This document shows, one piece after another, positions 17,007 to 26,104 of a stretch of 48,000 nucleotides of DNA. Below the pieces are notes generated by a model. That model was not told the origin of the DNA and made no database searches. It worked only from the letters and a program-made list of their open reading frames with translations. Each line of letters opens with the position of its first letter. Within the stretch, counting starts at the first letter, position 1. The stretch lies in assembly GCA_019359275.1 (NCBI GenBank), contig JAHHHP010000034.1, positions 1-48,000 of the forward strand, given 5' to 3'. Both the position numbers and the translations under genes were made by a program. The DNA is from Myxacorys chilensis ATA2-1-KO14. GTDB lineage: Bacteria > Cyanobacteriota > Cyanobacteriia > Leptolyngbyales > Leptolyngbyaceae.

Positions 17007-18290
17007 TTGAAAAAAACATCTAGCCAAAATTATTTGCGCGTTTGGACGAGTAGGGTTTCACCTCAGTTCAATATCGGGATTCCTCGGCGGAAAGCTTTGC
17101 TAATGGGCGAAAGCCTTGCAGTGAAGATTACGTCGCAGCGATGGAAAGGCATGGATTGGGTTCATGAATTGCAACTTTTCAAGCCTTCGACTTATTCGTC
17201 TAGCCAGTCCCAAGGCTTGTTGTTCTTGAGCGGTGGTGCTCAAGGGGGAGATGCTACTCACCGCAATGAGGATGCACGATTTGAGGGTGAGTTGACCCTA
17301 TTTGCCATAATTGCTCAGGAGACCAGCAGTATTGTTGGAGTTGTCTCCCATACCCTATGTCAGCCTATGTTCGGTGGTCTTGGTGAGAACGAGTTAATCT
17401 CCCATAGTTTTAGTCAATTTTTGGCGTCGGGACGTCCCGACTGGCCGGTGCTATTACCGATGGTAGGTGCAGTACGTCGGGCTATGGATGTCACCCAAAG
17501 GCTAGCTACCGACACTTGGGCTGCTAAGGTCGAGCAGTTTACCTTAGCTGGATTCTCTAAACGTGGTTGGGCTGCTTGGCTAACGGCTGCTGTGGACGAA
17601 CGTGTAAATGCCATCGCCCCTATTATGATGGATTTCTTCGACCTACCACGACAGATTACCTGCCAACGCTCCGTCTGGGGTAGCTTATCTCCTGCCCTGC
17701 AACCGTTCGAGACTCTAGATATACCAAACCGTTTGCAAACATCGCGGGGTCAACAACTTCTCGATATGGTGGATGTTGTCCGCTGGACTACTTACTACAA
17801 CGTTGCACGAGCGATCATATCTGCTACAAACGATGAATATTGTCCGGTTCAAGCCTCAAATCTCTACATTGAGCAAATTCCTGGAAGAAGTTATCGCTCG
17901 ATGATTCCCAATACTAGCCACGGTTCATTGGCCTACGTAGAAATTCTTGGCATAGTCGGGGCGCTTCATCGACAAGTGGCCTTGGGAGAGGTGATGCCTA
18001 ATTTAACAGGCAAGGCCTGGATTGAGGACGGAGCACTCTGCATTATGATGACCTCCAATGCTGCCCCTATTTTTAAACTTTGGATTGCACATGCGCCTAG
18101 CCTCGATCTCCGAAACTCTCTATGGTCGCCGATCGAGCTGTTTGGTGAAAGCAAAATTCGGATTGCGCTACCGGTGCAAGGTATCATGGCGATTTTTGGG
18201 CAAGCGAAATATAACAAGACTTGGGGATGCTTTGCGTTAACTACCCAAGTTTGGACTGTTGGTCCTCAAGGGTTAATTGAGGTAGCATAG
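17007..18290 (+). CDS. PhoPQ-activated pathogenicity-related (PqaA-type) alpha/beta-hydrolase-like protein
   Basis: 'ITSQRWKGMDWVHELQLFKP', 'LLFLSGG', 'AGFSKRGWAAWLTAAVDERVNAIAPIMMD'. Assignment is from memory of the PF10142-type pattern. The start is uncertain (TTG 17007 or ATG at codon 33). An in-frame TAG lies upstream once the IS is excised. Confidence 0.55.
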   Translation: MKKTSSQNYLRVWTSRVSPQFNIGIPRRKALLMGESLAVKITSQRWKGMDWVHELQLFKPSTYSSSQSQGLLFLSGGAQGGDATHRNEDARFEGELTLFAIIAQETSSIVGVVSHTLCQPMFGGLGENELISHSFSQFLASGRPDWPVLLPMVGAVRRAMDVTQRLATDTWAAKVEQFTLAGFSKRGWAAWLTAAVDERVNAIAPIMMDFFDLPRQITCQRSVWGSLSPALQPFETLDIPNRLQTSRGQQLLDMVDVVRWTTYYNVARAIISATNDEYCPVQASNLYIEQIPGRSYRSMIPNTSHGSLAYVEILGIVGALHRQVALGEVMPNLTGKAWIEDGALCIMMTSNAAPIFKLWIAHAPSLDLRNSLWSPIELFGESKIRIALPVQGIMAIFGQAKYNKTWGCFALTTQVWTVGPQGLIEVA

Positions 18291-18533
18291 ACAGTCTGAT
18301 CGGTTAAGGTTCATATGGAAGTGAAAAAATCAGATTTTCACGTGGAAATAGAAGTAAAACTCTTTCAGATTTGAGCAGCAATCGATGGGTTCTATCGCTT
18401 AAGGGATAACTGAGTTGCTCACTGTCATCTAGCATCCGTTTCAGCAACTGACCATTGCGTTACTTAATTAAAAGTATTATGCGGTAGTTCATTGAGGTAT
18501 TTCTCATCTGGACAAGGTGAATTTATAATTAAT

Positions 18534-18564
18534 AACGAAGAGTTTGCTGAACAAACCCTTCGTT
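18534..18564 (-). terminator. Candidate intrinsic terminator after sbnB (minus strand)
   Basis: Hairpin AACGAAG-A-GTTTG [CTGAA] CAAAC-C-CTTCGTT, followed on the minus strand by the T/A-rich 'ATTAATTATAAATT'. It lies 36 nt downstream of the stop at 18600. Confidence 0.5.
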
Positions 18565-18599
18565 GTGTGATCGATAGACACTAGATTCCTAGGTTCTCG

Positions 18600-19643
18600 T
18601 TATCGCTCTAAATCGTAGAAGAATTCAGGAATCTCAAGATACTCGCCTGTAGCAATTGCACGGTCATATATCCATTTCCCCAAAGCAAGATCGAGAATTC
18701 CGAGTCCGAATGGTGAAAACACAACGGTACGATTCCGTTGTATTATGCACTTGCCCTCTAGGACGTCAGCAAGTGAGCCAGTAATAAAATCTCGTGATCC
18801 TGCCAGCTTTTCGGCCAAATGTAGGGATGTGTGGGCATTCATTACATGATGAACGTCATCAACAATGTTGCAGGTATTAAGAAGCAATTCGGGAGCAAGA
18901 TCACGAAGTGAGACATGTAGAATAACAGGATGATGCTCAAAAAGTGCATATTCATGTACGTGCGGTTCTGAAGCAACTGTCGCGAATAAAACTAAATCTG
19001 ATTCTCGTACAACCGAAGTAAGAGTAGGGAACACAGATATGGATGTGTGCTGCTTAAGCTCGCAAACGCACTCAGCAAAGCGTTGAGCTTCTCTAATATT
19101 GGTGTCGTATATACGAACATTGCTGATATTCCAGCCCGTTCCTATTAAGAAACGATAGATATAGCGTGATATAAAACCTGCACCAATGATCCCAAGCGTT
19201 TGCACTTTGCGTCCACCTGTCAGGTGTTCTGCTGCAAGTCCAGCGAATGCAGCAGTTCGAGCCGCTGAAATGATCGACGCCTCCAGGCATGCAAACGGAT
19301 AGCCAGTTTCGCCGTTATTAAGAATTAGCACAGCGGAGGCACGCGGAATACCGTTGACGATATTGTCGGGATAGCTAGCAATCCACTTTATACCAGAAGT
19401 ATGCCAAGGATATTCAAGATACGAAGGTAATGCAATGATACGCGCATTCGGTTTATCACGAAAATTCAGGAAAAGGCTGGATGGATTAACGCTGTGTTCT
19501 CTCGAGTGAGCAATGTAAGCATCACGTACAATCGTGATGCAGCCCTCAAGGTTTTCATTAACGAGGCGATGTACTGTACGCCCAGTGATAATCGAGAATG
19601 TGAATGAACTAGATGATTCAGAACAGGAATTGGGATTGGACAT
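18600..19643 (-). CDS. sbnB: SbnB-like NAD-dependent dehydrogenase (ornithine cyclodeaminase/mu-crystallin family) for L-2,3-diaminopropionate synthesis
   Basis: 'RIIALPSYL...SGIKWIASYPDN...RASAVLILNNGETGYPFACLEASIISAARTAA' parallels the remembered S. aureus SbnB 'RIIAMPSHI...SGIKWIGS...RASGVIILNDPETNYPIAVMEASLISSMRTAA'. It is adjacent to an SbnA homolog. Confidence 0.8.
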   Translation of the reverse strand: MSNPNSCSESSSSFTFSIITGRTVHRLVNENLEGCITIVRDAYIAHSREHSVNPSSLFLNFRDKPNARIIALPSYLEYPWHTSGIKWIASYPDNIVNGIPRASAVLILNNGETGYPFACLEASIISAARTAAFAGLAAEHLTGGRKVQTLGIIGAGFISRYIYRFLIGTGWNISNVRIYDTNIREAQRFAECVCELKQHTSISVFPTLTSVVRESDLVLFATVASEPHVHEYALFEHHPVILHVSLRDLAPELLLNTCNIVDDVHHVMNAHTSLHLAEKLAGSRDFITGSLADVLEGKCIIQRNRTVVFSPFGLGILDLALGKWIYDRAIATGEYLEIPEFFYDLER

Positions 19644-19656
19644 ACATTACACTAGC

Positions 19657-20637
19657 CTATGCATTGTCAGTAGCATTCACACGCCACTCAACCCAACGAC
19701 GGTTAAAGATGTTATTAAGGTAAGCGTTGCCACGGTCACAACATAGAAACAAGACACGGGGTCGAGTACGCTGGTTCAATTTGGCGAAATATTGCTTGAT
19801 AGCGCTGTAAGCGCTGCCACTGGAACCACCTACAAAGAGACCATATTTCTCAAGTAGTTCATGGCAACCTGCGATGGTTTCGACTTCGGATACTAACACA
19901 ACCTCGTCAATGAGGGCGTGTTTAAGTAAAGGGGGTATAATGCTTGATCCCAAACCAGAAATCCAACGTTTATACAGTGAATGTCTGAAGATTACTGACC
20001 CCTCTACGTCTACTGCAACAATTCTGATATTGGCATTATGTTCTTTGAGTCGTTGAGATACACCGGCTATGGTTCCAGCCGAGCTAACACCTAAAAATAC
20101 GTAATCGATAGAGGAAATACTCTGCCAAATTTCCTCGCCAGTGAGATGGTAATGAGCCTCCATGCAGTCAGGGTTACCATATTGATTAGGCCAGTATGAG
20201 TCAGAGATTTCGCTTTTGAGCTGCTGAACTTTGCATAAACGTGACTTCAAGAAGCCACCAGTATCATCGTGGTTTTCAACTTTAATCACGCGGTCACATT
20301 GCGAGCGTAGCCAAGATTCATACAGCGGCGATATATTCGGATCAATAACCGGAATAAAATTAATTTCTAGCATTTTTGCTAGTGTGGCTATTGCACAGGC
20401 AAAGTTACCTGAGGAAGACTCAATGATAGTAGTTTGCGATTCGATTTCACCACGTTCGATAGCACGCTTTAAAGTCCAAAGAGCTGGTCTATCCTTGATA
20501 CTGCCAATACCGTTAAGATATTCGAGCTTTGTAAACAAATCTATATGGTTGTTTGTCAGTTGAATAACAGGTGTAGGGCAAATGATTTTCTCCACAACTG
20601 CAAGTCGTTCAACAAGCCCTTGTGCTAATGCCGTCAT
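19657..20637 (-). CDS. sbnA: SbnA-like PLP enzyme (cysteine synthase fold) for L-2,3-diaminopropionate synthesis
   Basis: 'FTKLEYLNGIGSIKDRPA', 'IESSSGNF', 'VIDPNISP', 'TGGFLKSRLCKVQQL', 'YWPNQYGNP', 'IVAVDVEGSVIF', 'CDRGNAYL'. These are close to the remembered SbnA blocks, and the length is 326 aa. Confidence 0.85.
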   Translation of the reverse strand: MTALAQGLVERLAVVEKIICPTPVIQLTNNHIDLFTKLEYLNGIGSIKDRPALWTLKRAIERGEIESQTTIIESSSGNFACAIATLAKMLEINFIPVIDPNISPLYESWLRSQCDRVIKVENHDDTGGFLKSRLCKVQQLKSEISDSYWPNQYGNPDCMEAHYHLTGEEIWQSISSIDYVFLGVSSAGTIAGVSQRLKEHNANIRIVAVDVEGSVIFRHSLYKRWISGLGSSIIPPLLKHALIDEVVLVSEVETIAGCHELLEKYGLFVGGSSGSAYSAIKQYFAKLNQRTRPRVLFLCCDRGNAYLNNIFNRRWVEWRVNATDNA

Positions 20638-21265
20638 AGCAAGCCTTAAAGCCTTAACTTATCACAATCAAGGTCGCAGTAAAAATAATACAATAAGAAA
20701 TTTCTTGTAGAAGTCAGTTAAGTAGTTCTGTCCTTCTAGGTTTGTTAATTCTTGGTTGTCCTGCAAAACACTAATTGGATTATCACTATATAAATTATAG
20801 CCTCATCATTTTGAGATAATCGTTTTTAGTTAATGTGATTCCATTATTAACATAACAGTATGGTGAATCAACTGAGAATCTATTGAAACAAAACCTCATA
20901 GTTGAAAGCTGTTGTTGATAGATTTTCTCCAACAACACACCATAACAACTCAAGCTAGTGAATTTGCAAAATACTAAGAAAACTGTTGAAAATGGCACTA
21001 TTGTAAATTTTTTTTGAGGTTTACTAACTGCCGTATTTTGAATAATGAGGCTTGTAGAATGGCTATATTGCTACTTTTAGATTTTCTGTCAGCTCCTCTT
21101 CTAGAGAGGTGGCTTGTCTAAAAAACTGCTTCCTTTAAAGATTGTCCAAGCCCCATTGTTACTAAGAACTATCTAAACTATTGTTGAAAATTTTTACAGG
21201 TGGTTTCTTACACTTTGCGCACAGCCCCTACCACTGTAGTTGTTGAGAAGGAGTAGTCCTGGGCA

Positions 21266-24200
21266 ATGAGCATCAACCTTCATGAGAATGGGGTAATTGC
21301 TGCACTTCTGCGCCACGCTGCGCGCAATCAGGACGCAATCGCCTTTCGGGTCGTTGATGGACAAGGCGAGGTAACCGAATTGCTTACCTATGGACAGCTT
21401 ACCCGGCGGGCTGGAGGCACAGCGGAGTGGATTACCCAGCAAACCCCACCGATGAGTCGGATTGTGCTAGCCCTGCCAACTGGCACTCAATTCCTTGTCG
21501 GGCTGTTTGGTACCTTGATGTCCGGCCGGACGGTCGTACCAGTGCTTGCGCCACGGCACCGTAGTTCGACCCGTTTTCTCTCAGTTCTGAACGACTGCAC
21601 TCCCAGTTTAGTTCTTGTGCCACCCGATGCTGTCAACGCTACAAGAGCCATCACGACGGTGGGTGAAATCAGAACGTTGGATGATGACCTAGTTGCAGAG
21701 CCCTGTCCAGAATTCGTCGAACCATCTGCGACGGCGGTCATTCAATATAGCAGTGGTAGTACTGGCAATCCCCGTGGGGTCTTAGTTAGGCATGAAAGCA
21801 TAGTAGCCAACAGTAAAATGATATCCGCTGTTTTCGGACACGATGTGGACTCCGACTTCGTAAATTGGTTACCGCTGTTTCATGACATGGGCCTTATCGG
21901 TGGCGTCATTCAGCCTGTAATGCTTGGATCTACCTGTACATTAATCCGCCCGGGCGACTTCGCGGCGCGCCCGCGGTTGTGGCTCGAGGTAGTTTCACGC
22001 TTTGGTGCCCACACGAGCGGCGGACCAGACGCAGCTTACCGACTTTGCACCCAAGCGATCGAAGATGGTGCTGTGGAGGGGCTAGATTTATCTCGCTGGC
22101 ACGTTGCGTTCAATGGTTCCGAGCGTGTCTACGAGACGACCTTGCGGAACTTTGCTGCGCGCTTTGCCCCAGCCAACTTCTCCTCCCGAGCATTTCTACC
22201 CTGCTATGGACTCGCCGAGGCAACTCTGCTAGTTTCTGGCGCCGCCTGGAAACCCGACCAGCTAGCACATCGTTTCGACCGGGCAGCGTTAGAGAGAGGA
22301 GAAGCGGTACCTGCAGCCGTTGGAATTGAGTGTATGGCGCTCGGGGCTCCTGCCCCAGGACTTGAGTTGGCTATCGTCAAGCCGAATCAGGGAACATCCC
22401 TGCCTCCAGGGCAGATCGGAGAAATTCGGGTGCGTGGCCCTAGCATATCAAGCGGCTATCACGGTAGACCACCAGATTGCATTGATGCGTGGAAAAGTAC
22501 CGCCGACTTGGGCTTTCTATACAAAGGAATTCTGCACGTTTTAGGGCGCTTAGACGATGTCATCATTCAATTCGGGCGAAATCTTTTTCCTGACGATATT
22601 GAGGCTGCAGCAGGTGCCGGATCAGCCGATCGAGGTTGCCGGATGGCTGCGGTTGACGTAGAGGGACAACTGAATCTCGTCGTCGAAGTCAGCAAGCGGC
22701 GTGAGCTAAATACCCTACAAGCTATGGCATCGGAGATGTCCGTCACGGTCAACACTACCCTGGAAGCAGTGGTGGATCGAGTCGTCTTTCTGCGTCGCGG
22801 TACGCTGCCCAGAACCTCCAGTGGGAAGATCCGGCGTTCAGCGGCGGCTCAGATGCTGCAGAAAGGCGAGGTGGATGTTCTCGCAGCTTTCACCCTGCTA
22901 GGTCCAGCAGGTAAAACCATAGCGGAGCGGGTATCCACCTTTTTGAATTTCTCAAGCACCGAACTCGATCGCCACATCAGTCTGGCAGCGTTGGGCTGCC
23001 AGTCCATGCAAGCCTTGGTTCTACGTCACGTGCTCGAACAGGATTATGGCCTTGCACTGCCAGCGGATCAGTGGCTGACCGACCTTTCGATTAATGAGAT
23101 AGAAGCTCTAATCGCTAGACAGAGCCAATTTGTGGTAGCCACTGAAAGCTGTATACCTCAACCCGATCCTCGTCTGCTAGTCCTGGCTCAATATGCTGCT
23201 GCCCCCGATATCGGTGCGCTTAACATTTCCTTTCTAGTGCATGCTGAAGGTCCAGACGTGGGTCCCCGTCTAGCTCGGGCCACAACTTCTGTAATTGGGC
23301 TGTATCCGGCCTTGCGACGTGCTCCTATTGCAGATGACTCTATTGCCGGCGGTATGCGCACTGTGGCCCGTGCGCCGGTGCAAGTCAAAGTCGTAATGAA
23401 CCCACCAGAGGCACTAGATGCCGAGATTCGGCGACCTTTCCGGTTGGAGCGAGAGGCACCATGTCGAGCGACGGTTTATGATCAAGGTGATCGAGCCACA
23501 CTGTTGCTAGTAATACATCATGCTGCTAGTGACCTTGTGTCGGGGGCGATTTTAGCGCGGCAACTAGCTCAGTCCTGGTCCGGGGTCCTGGTGAGTCGGG
23601 GTCCTGAGAGCCCAGACCAAATTGCGTTCATACCAGCCGCTGCGGTTGGCTATTGGCAAGCCCGTCTCACTGATCCACCGCCGATATTTAATGACAGTCG
23701 TCGTCTCAGCGCCGGTAACATGATCTCGGTCGTAGTCCCAATCCCTTCATCGGCACTACACCGTCGAGCACGTGCATTGAGAGCTACCGAGTTCGAGGTT
23801 TGCCTCGCCGCCTTTGCCCAAGCAACGGCACGTGTGTTTAGTCGTAAGCGTCTGGCGATCCTGACACCAGTCTCACAGCGCAAGGCAGATATGGAGGTAG
23901 TTGGCAATCATGTTTTGCCGGTTCCGATCTTTGTAGACGATGCCATGAGCGGCGATTTTGCAACACTGATATCCAATATTCGGGCGAGTTTGAGGCAGGG
24001 AACTCGGTACGGCGGTCTGCCCGCTGCAGTAAGCTTAACTGAACGTACGGCAGGTTCACTGTTTTTCGATTTCGCATTTGTGTGGCAGCAGATCCCCTCT
24101 GATGCGACAAACTCGCTCGCTGCTTTAACTCTGCCAAGCTTCGGTGCTTGTGCTAAATTCGGTGACCTTACTTTTGAGCGGCCTAGTTTTGCGTTCACAC

Positions 24201-26104
24201 CGTTTCATCCAGTTGAATTTACCCTCATTGTGGAAGCGGAAGGATTGTCTGGACACCTTGTATGCAATGCTCACCTTGTTGACGAGTCGACCGCACAGCA
24301 ACTGGCAGAGTTCTGGATTGAGCAACTCCTCGATGCCGTCTCGCTAACAACCATTCCACACATTCCTCCTACTCTTGACGAGCCATTATGTTTACATCGC
24401 ATGTTTGAGCGATGGGTAAGGGAAACGCCGGATGCTAAGGCAATTGGCTTTGATGGTATGTCATACAGCTATAGCCAACTCGATTCTGCCGCAAAGCGTA
24501 TCGCCCATCTTTGCGGGACTCCGCGTCGAGTCGCTATCATATGCGGCGATGGTCCGGTAGGAGTGGCAGCCATTTTAGCAACTTTGAAGGTTGGTGGCGC
24601 ATTCCTAGGTCTGCAGCCTAGTGATCCGCCAGCTCGAGTGCAGTCGATCCTGAATGCGGCTTCGCCAGACTTAATCCTGACCGATGTCGATGCATTAACC
24701 GACGGTGGGCAAGCTGTCCTTGACGACTGGACGGCATCACCGGTCATTCAGGTGAGTTTTGATCCAATTCCAGTCGAGGCTGAGTCTGAAACACCAAGTA
24801 ATCCAGAAGCGCCAGCTTATCTAGTCTACACATCAGGGTCGAGCGGACAGCCGAAGGGTATGGTTCATACCCATGCGACTCTAGCTGCTTTCATTAACTG
24901 GCAGGCGGAACCGTTAAAGATTAGTCCCGATGCTCGGATGGCGGTGCTAGCTCCTATGGGATTTGACGTTCGCTACTGCGAACTGTTCGGCGCGCTCTGC
25001 CTTGGTGCTTGTGCTGTACTAGCGCGGCGTCAGGATCTGCTCCCTGAAACGTTACCGCTATTTCTCGCCGCAAATCGGGTAACTGCCCTGCAAGTACTGC
25101 CATCAGCGTTCGCTAGGACGCCGCCAGCGGCTCTGCCTGATGTGCGAGGAATTTTTTTCGTTGGGGAACCGCTGCCGATCCGAACTGCTGCTCGTGCTTT
25201 GGGGCAGTTTGGCGAAGATGTCAATATCAGTAATGTCTATGGACCTACTGAAACAGTCGCGGCGTCATGTCATCGGATCGTCCCTGCCGACCTCCGAGCA
25301 CTTCGCATTCCTGCTGGCATAGCGATCGATGGGCGTCAGCTATACATTGTTGGTGACGACTTGCGTATTTTAGAATGCGGCGACATCGGAGAAATCGTTG
25401 TTGAGACTGATGATGTCTGTGCGGCTTACCTTGCCATCGATCCGGCCAGCAGCGACCGTTTCCTCGCTCCTGGTACTATCTTGGGGATCAACGGTCGCGC
25501 ATTCCGCACTGGTGATCTTGGAACAATCGATTCTGCTGGACGTTTGGTCGTGCTTGGTCGGCTCGATAATCAGATAAAGCTCCATGGAGTGCGATTTGAG
25601 CTTGAGGAAATTGAAGCGGCGTTGATTGAGGCTTTGGGTGTCCCTGCAGCTGTCTTTGTAAAATCTGGATGTGATGGATTGCATATTGAGGCCCTCCTCG
25701 AAGCGCAATCCATTAATACTTTGAGCTTGCGCCGCCATCTGCTTGAACGCCTTCCAGCCGCAGCAATTCCTACAGCCTTTAGAGCGGTGAACAGCTTACC
25801 CAAGCTACCGAACGGCAAAATGGATCGCTCTAGACTCGAAGTGTGGATGCAAGCACAACCAGCCATTCCTACATCTAGTACCAGGGTGCACTCTACGCGA
25901 GTTAGCGATGCATGGTGCGCGGTGCTGGGCTTTCCCCCTAGAGGCCTGTACGATAACTTCTTCGCGGTTGGTGGTCATTCCCTACTAGCTATGAAGATGG
26001 TTAATCACCTCTCTATCGACGCGGCTAAACCCTTACAGCTGTCTGAGTTTTTGTGGGATCCGACTCCCGCTAGGCTAATCGAAATGGTTGAAGCCGCCGG
26101 TTAA
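21266..26104 (+). CDS. Lipoinitiation NRPS: FAAL-ACP-C-A-T
   Basis: FAAL: 'VIQYSSGSTGNPRGVLVRHESIVAN', 'NWLPLFHDMGLIGG', 'RPRLWLEVVSRFGAHTSGGPDAAYRLC', 'SSGKIRR'. ACP 'LGCQSMQAL' (unusual). C 'VIHHAASDLVSG'. A 'LVYTSGSSGQPKG', 'NVYGPTETV', 'FRTGDLG', 'IKLHGVRFELEEIE', 'PNGKMD'. T 'VGGHSLLA'. Shine-Dalgarno AAGGAG at 21249-21254. Confidence 0.93.
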   Translation: MSINLHENGVIAALLRHAARNQDAIAFRVVDGQGEVTELLTYGQLTRRAGGTAEWITQQTPPMSRIVLALPTGTQFLVGLFGTLMSGRTVVPVLAPRHRSSTRFLSVLNDCTPSLVLVPPDAVNATRAITTVGEIRTLDDDLVAEPCPEFVEPSATAVIQYSSGSTGNPRGVLVRHESIVANSKMISAVFGHDVDSDFVNWLPLFHDMGLIGGVIQPVMLGSTCTLIRPGDFAARPRLWLEVVSRFGAHTSGGPDAAYRLCTQAIEDGAVEGLDLSRWHVAFNGSERVYETTLRNFAARFAPANFSSRAFLPCYGLAEATLLVSGAAWKPDQLAHRFDRAALERGEAVPAAVGIECMALGAPAPGLELAIVKPNQGTSLPPGQIGEIRVRGPSISSGYHGRPPDCIDAWKSTADLGFLYKGILHVLGRLDDVIIQFGRNLFPDDIEAAAGAGSADRGCRMAAVDVEGQLNLVVEVSKRRELNTLQAMASEMSVTVNTTLEAVVDRVVFLRRGTLPRTSSGKIRRSAAAQMLQKGEVDVLAAFTLLGPAGKTIAERVSTFLNFSSTELDRHISLAALGCQSMQALVLRHVLEQDYGLALPADQWLTDLSINEIEALIARQSQFVVATESCIPQPDPRLLVLAQYAAAPDIGALNISFLVHAEGPDVGPRLARATTSVIGLYPALRRAPIADDSIAGGMRTVARAPVQVKVVMNPPEALDAEIRRPFRLEREAPCRATVYDQGDRATLLLVIHHAASDLVSGAILARQLAQSWSGVLVSRGPESPDQIAFIPAAAVGYWQARLTDPPPIFNDSRRLSAGNMISVVVPIPSSALHRRARALRATEFEVCLAAFAQATARVFSRKRLAILTPVSQRKADMEVVGNHVLPVPIFVDDAMSGDFATLISNIRASLRQGTRYGGLPAAVSLTERTAGSLFFDFAFVWQQIPSDATNSLAALTLPSFGACAKFGDLTFERPSFAFTPFHPVEFTLIVEAEGLSGHLVCNAHLVDESTAQQLAEFWIEQLLDAVSLTTIPHIPPTLDEPLCLHRMFERWVRETPDAKAIGFDGMSYSYSQLDSAAKRIAHLCGTPRRVAIICGDGPVGVAAILATLKVGGAFLGLQPSDPPARVQSILNAASPDLILTDVDALTDGGQAVLDDWTASPVIQVSFDPIPVEAESETPSNPEAPAYLVYTSGSSGQPKGMVHTHATLAAFINWQAEPLKISPDARMAVLAPMGFDVRYCELFGALCLGACAVLARRQDLLPETLPLFLAANRVTALQVLPSAFARTPPAALPDVRGIFFVGEPLPIRTAARALGQFGEDVNISNVYGPTETVAASCHRIVPADLRALRIPAGIAIDGRQLYIVGDDLRILECGDIGEIVVETDDVCAAYLAIDPASSDRFLAPGTILGINGRAFRTGDLGTIDSAGRLVVLGRLDNQIKLHGVRFELEEIEAALIEALGVPAAVFVKSGCDGLHIEALLEAQSINTLSLRRHLLERLPAAAIPTAFRAVNSLPKLPNGKMDRSRLEVWMQAQPAIPTSSTRVHSTRVSDAWCAVLGFPPRGLYDNFFAVGGHSLLAMKMVNHLSIDAAKPLQLSEFLWDPTPARLIEMVEAAG

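Noticed and set aside
20795-20998. 67-aa minus-strand ORF in the sbnA / FAAL-NRPS divergent region.
   Set aside because: It lies in A+T-rich intergenic DNA, has no Shine-Dalgarno and no motif, and its composition looks non-coding.
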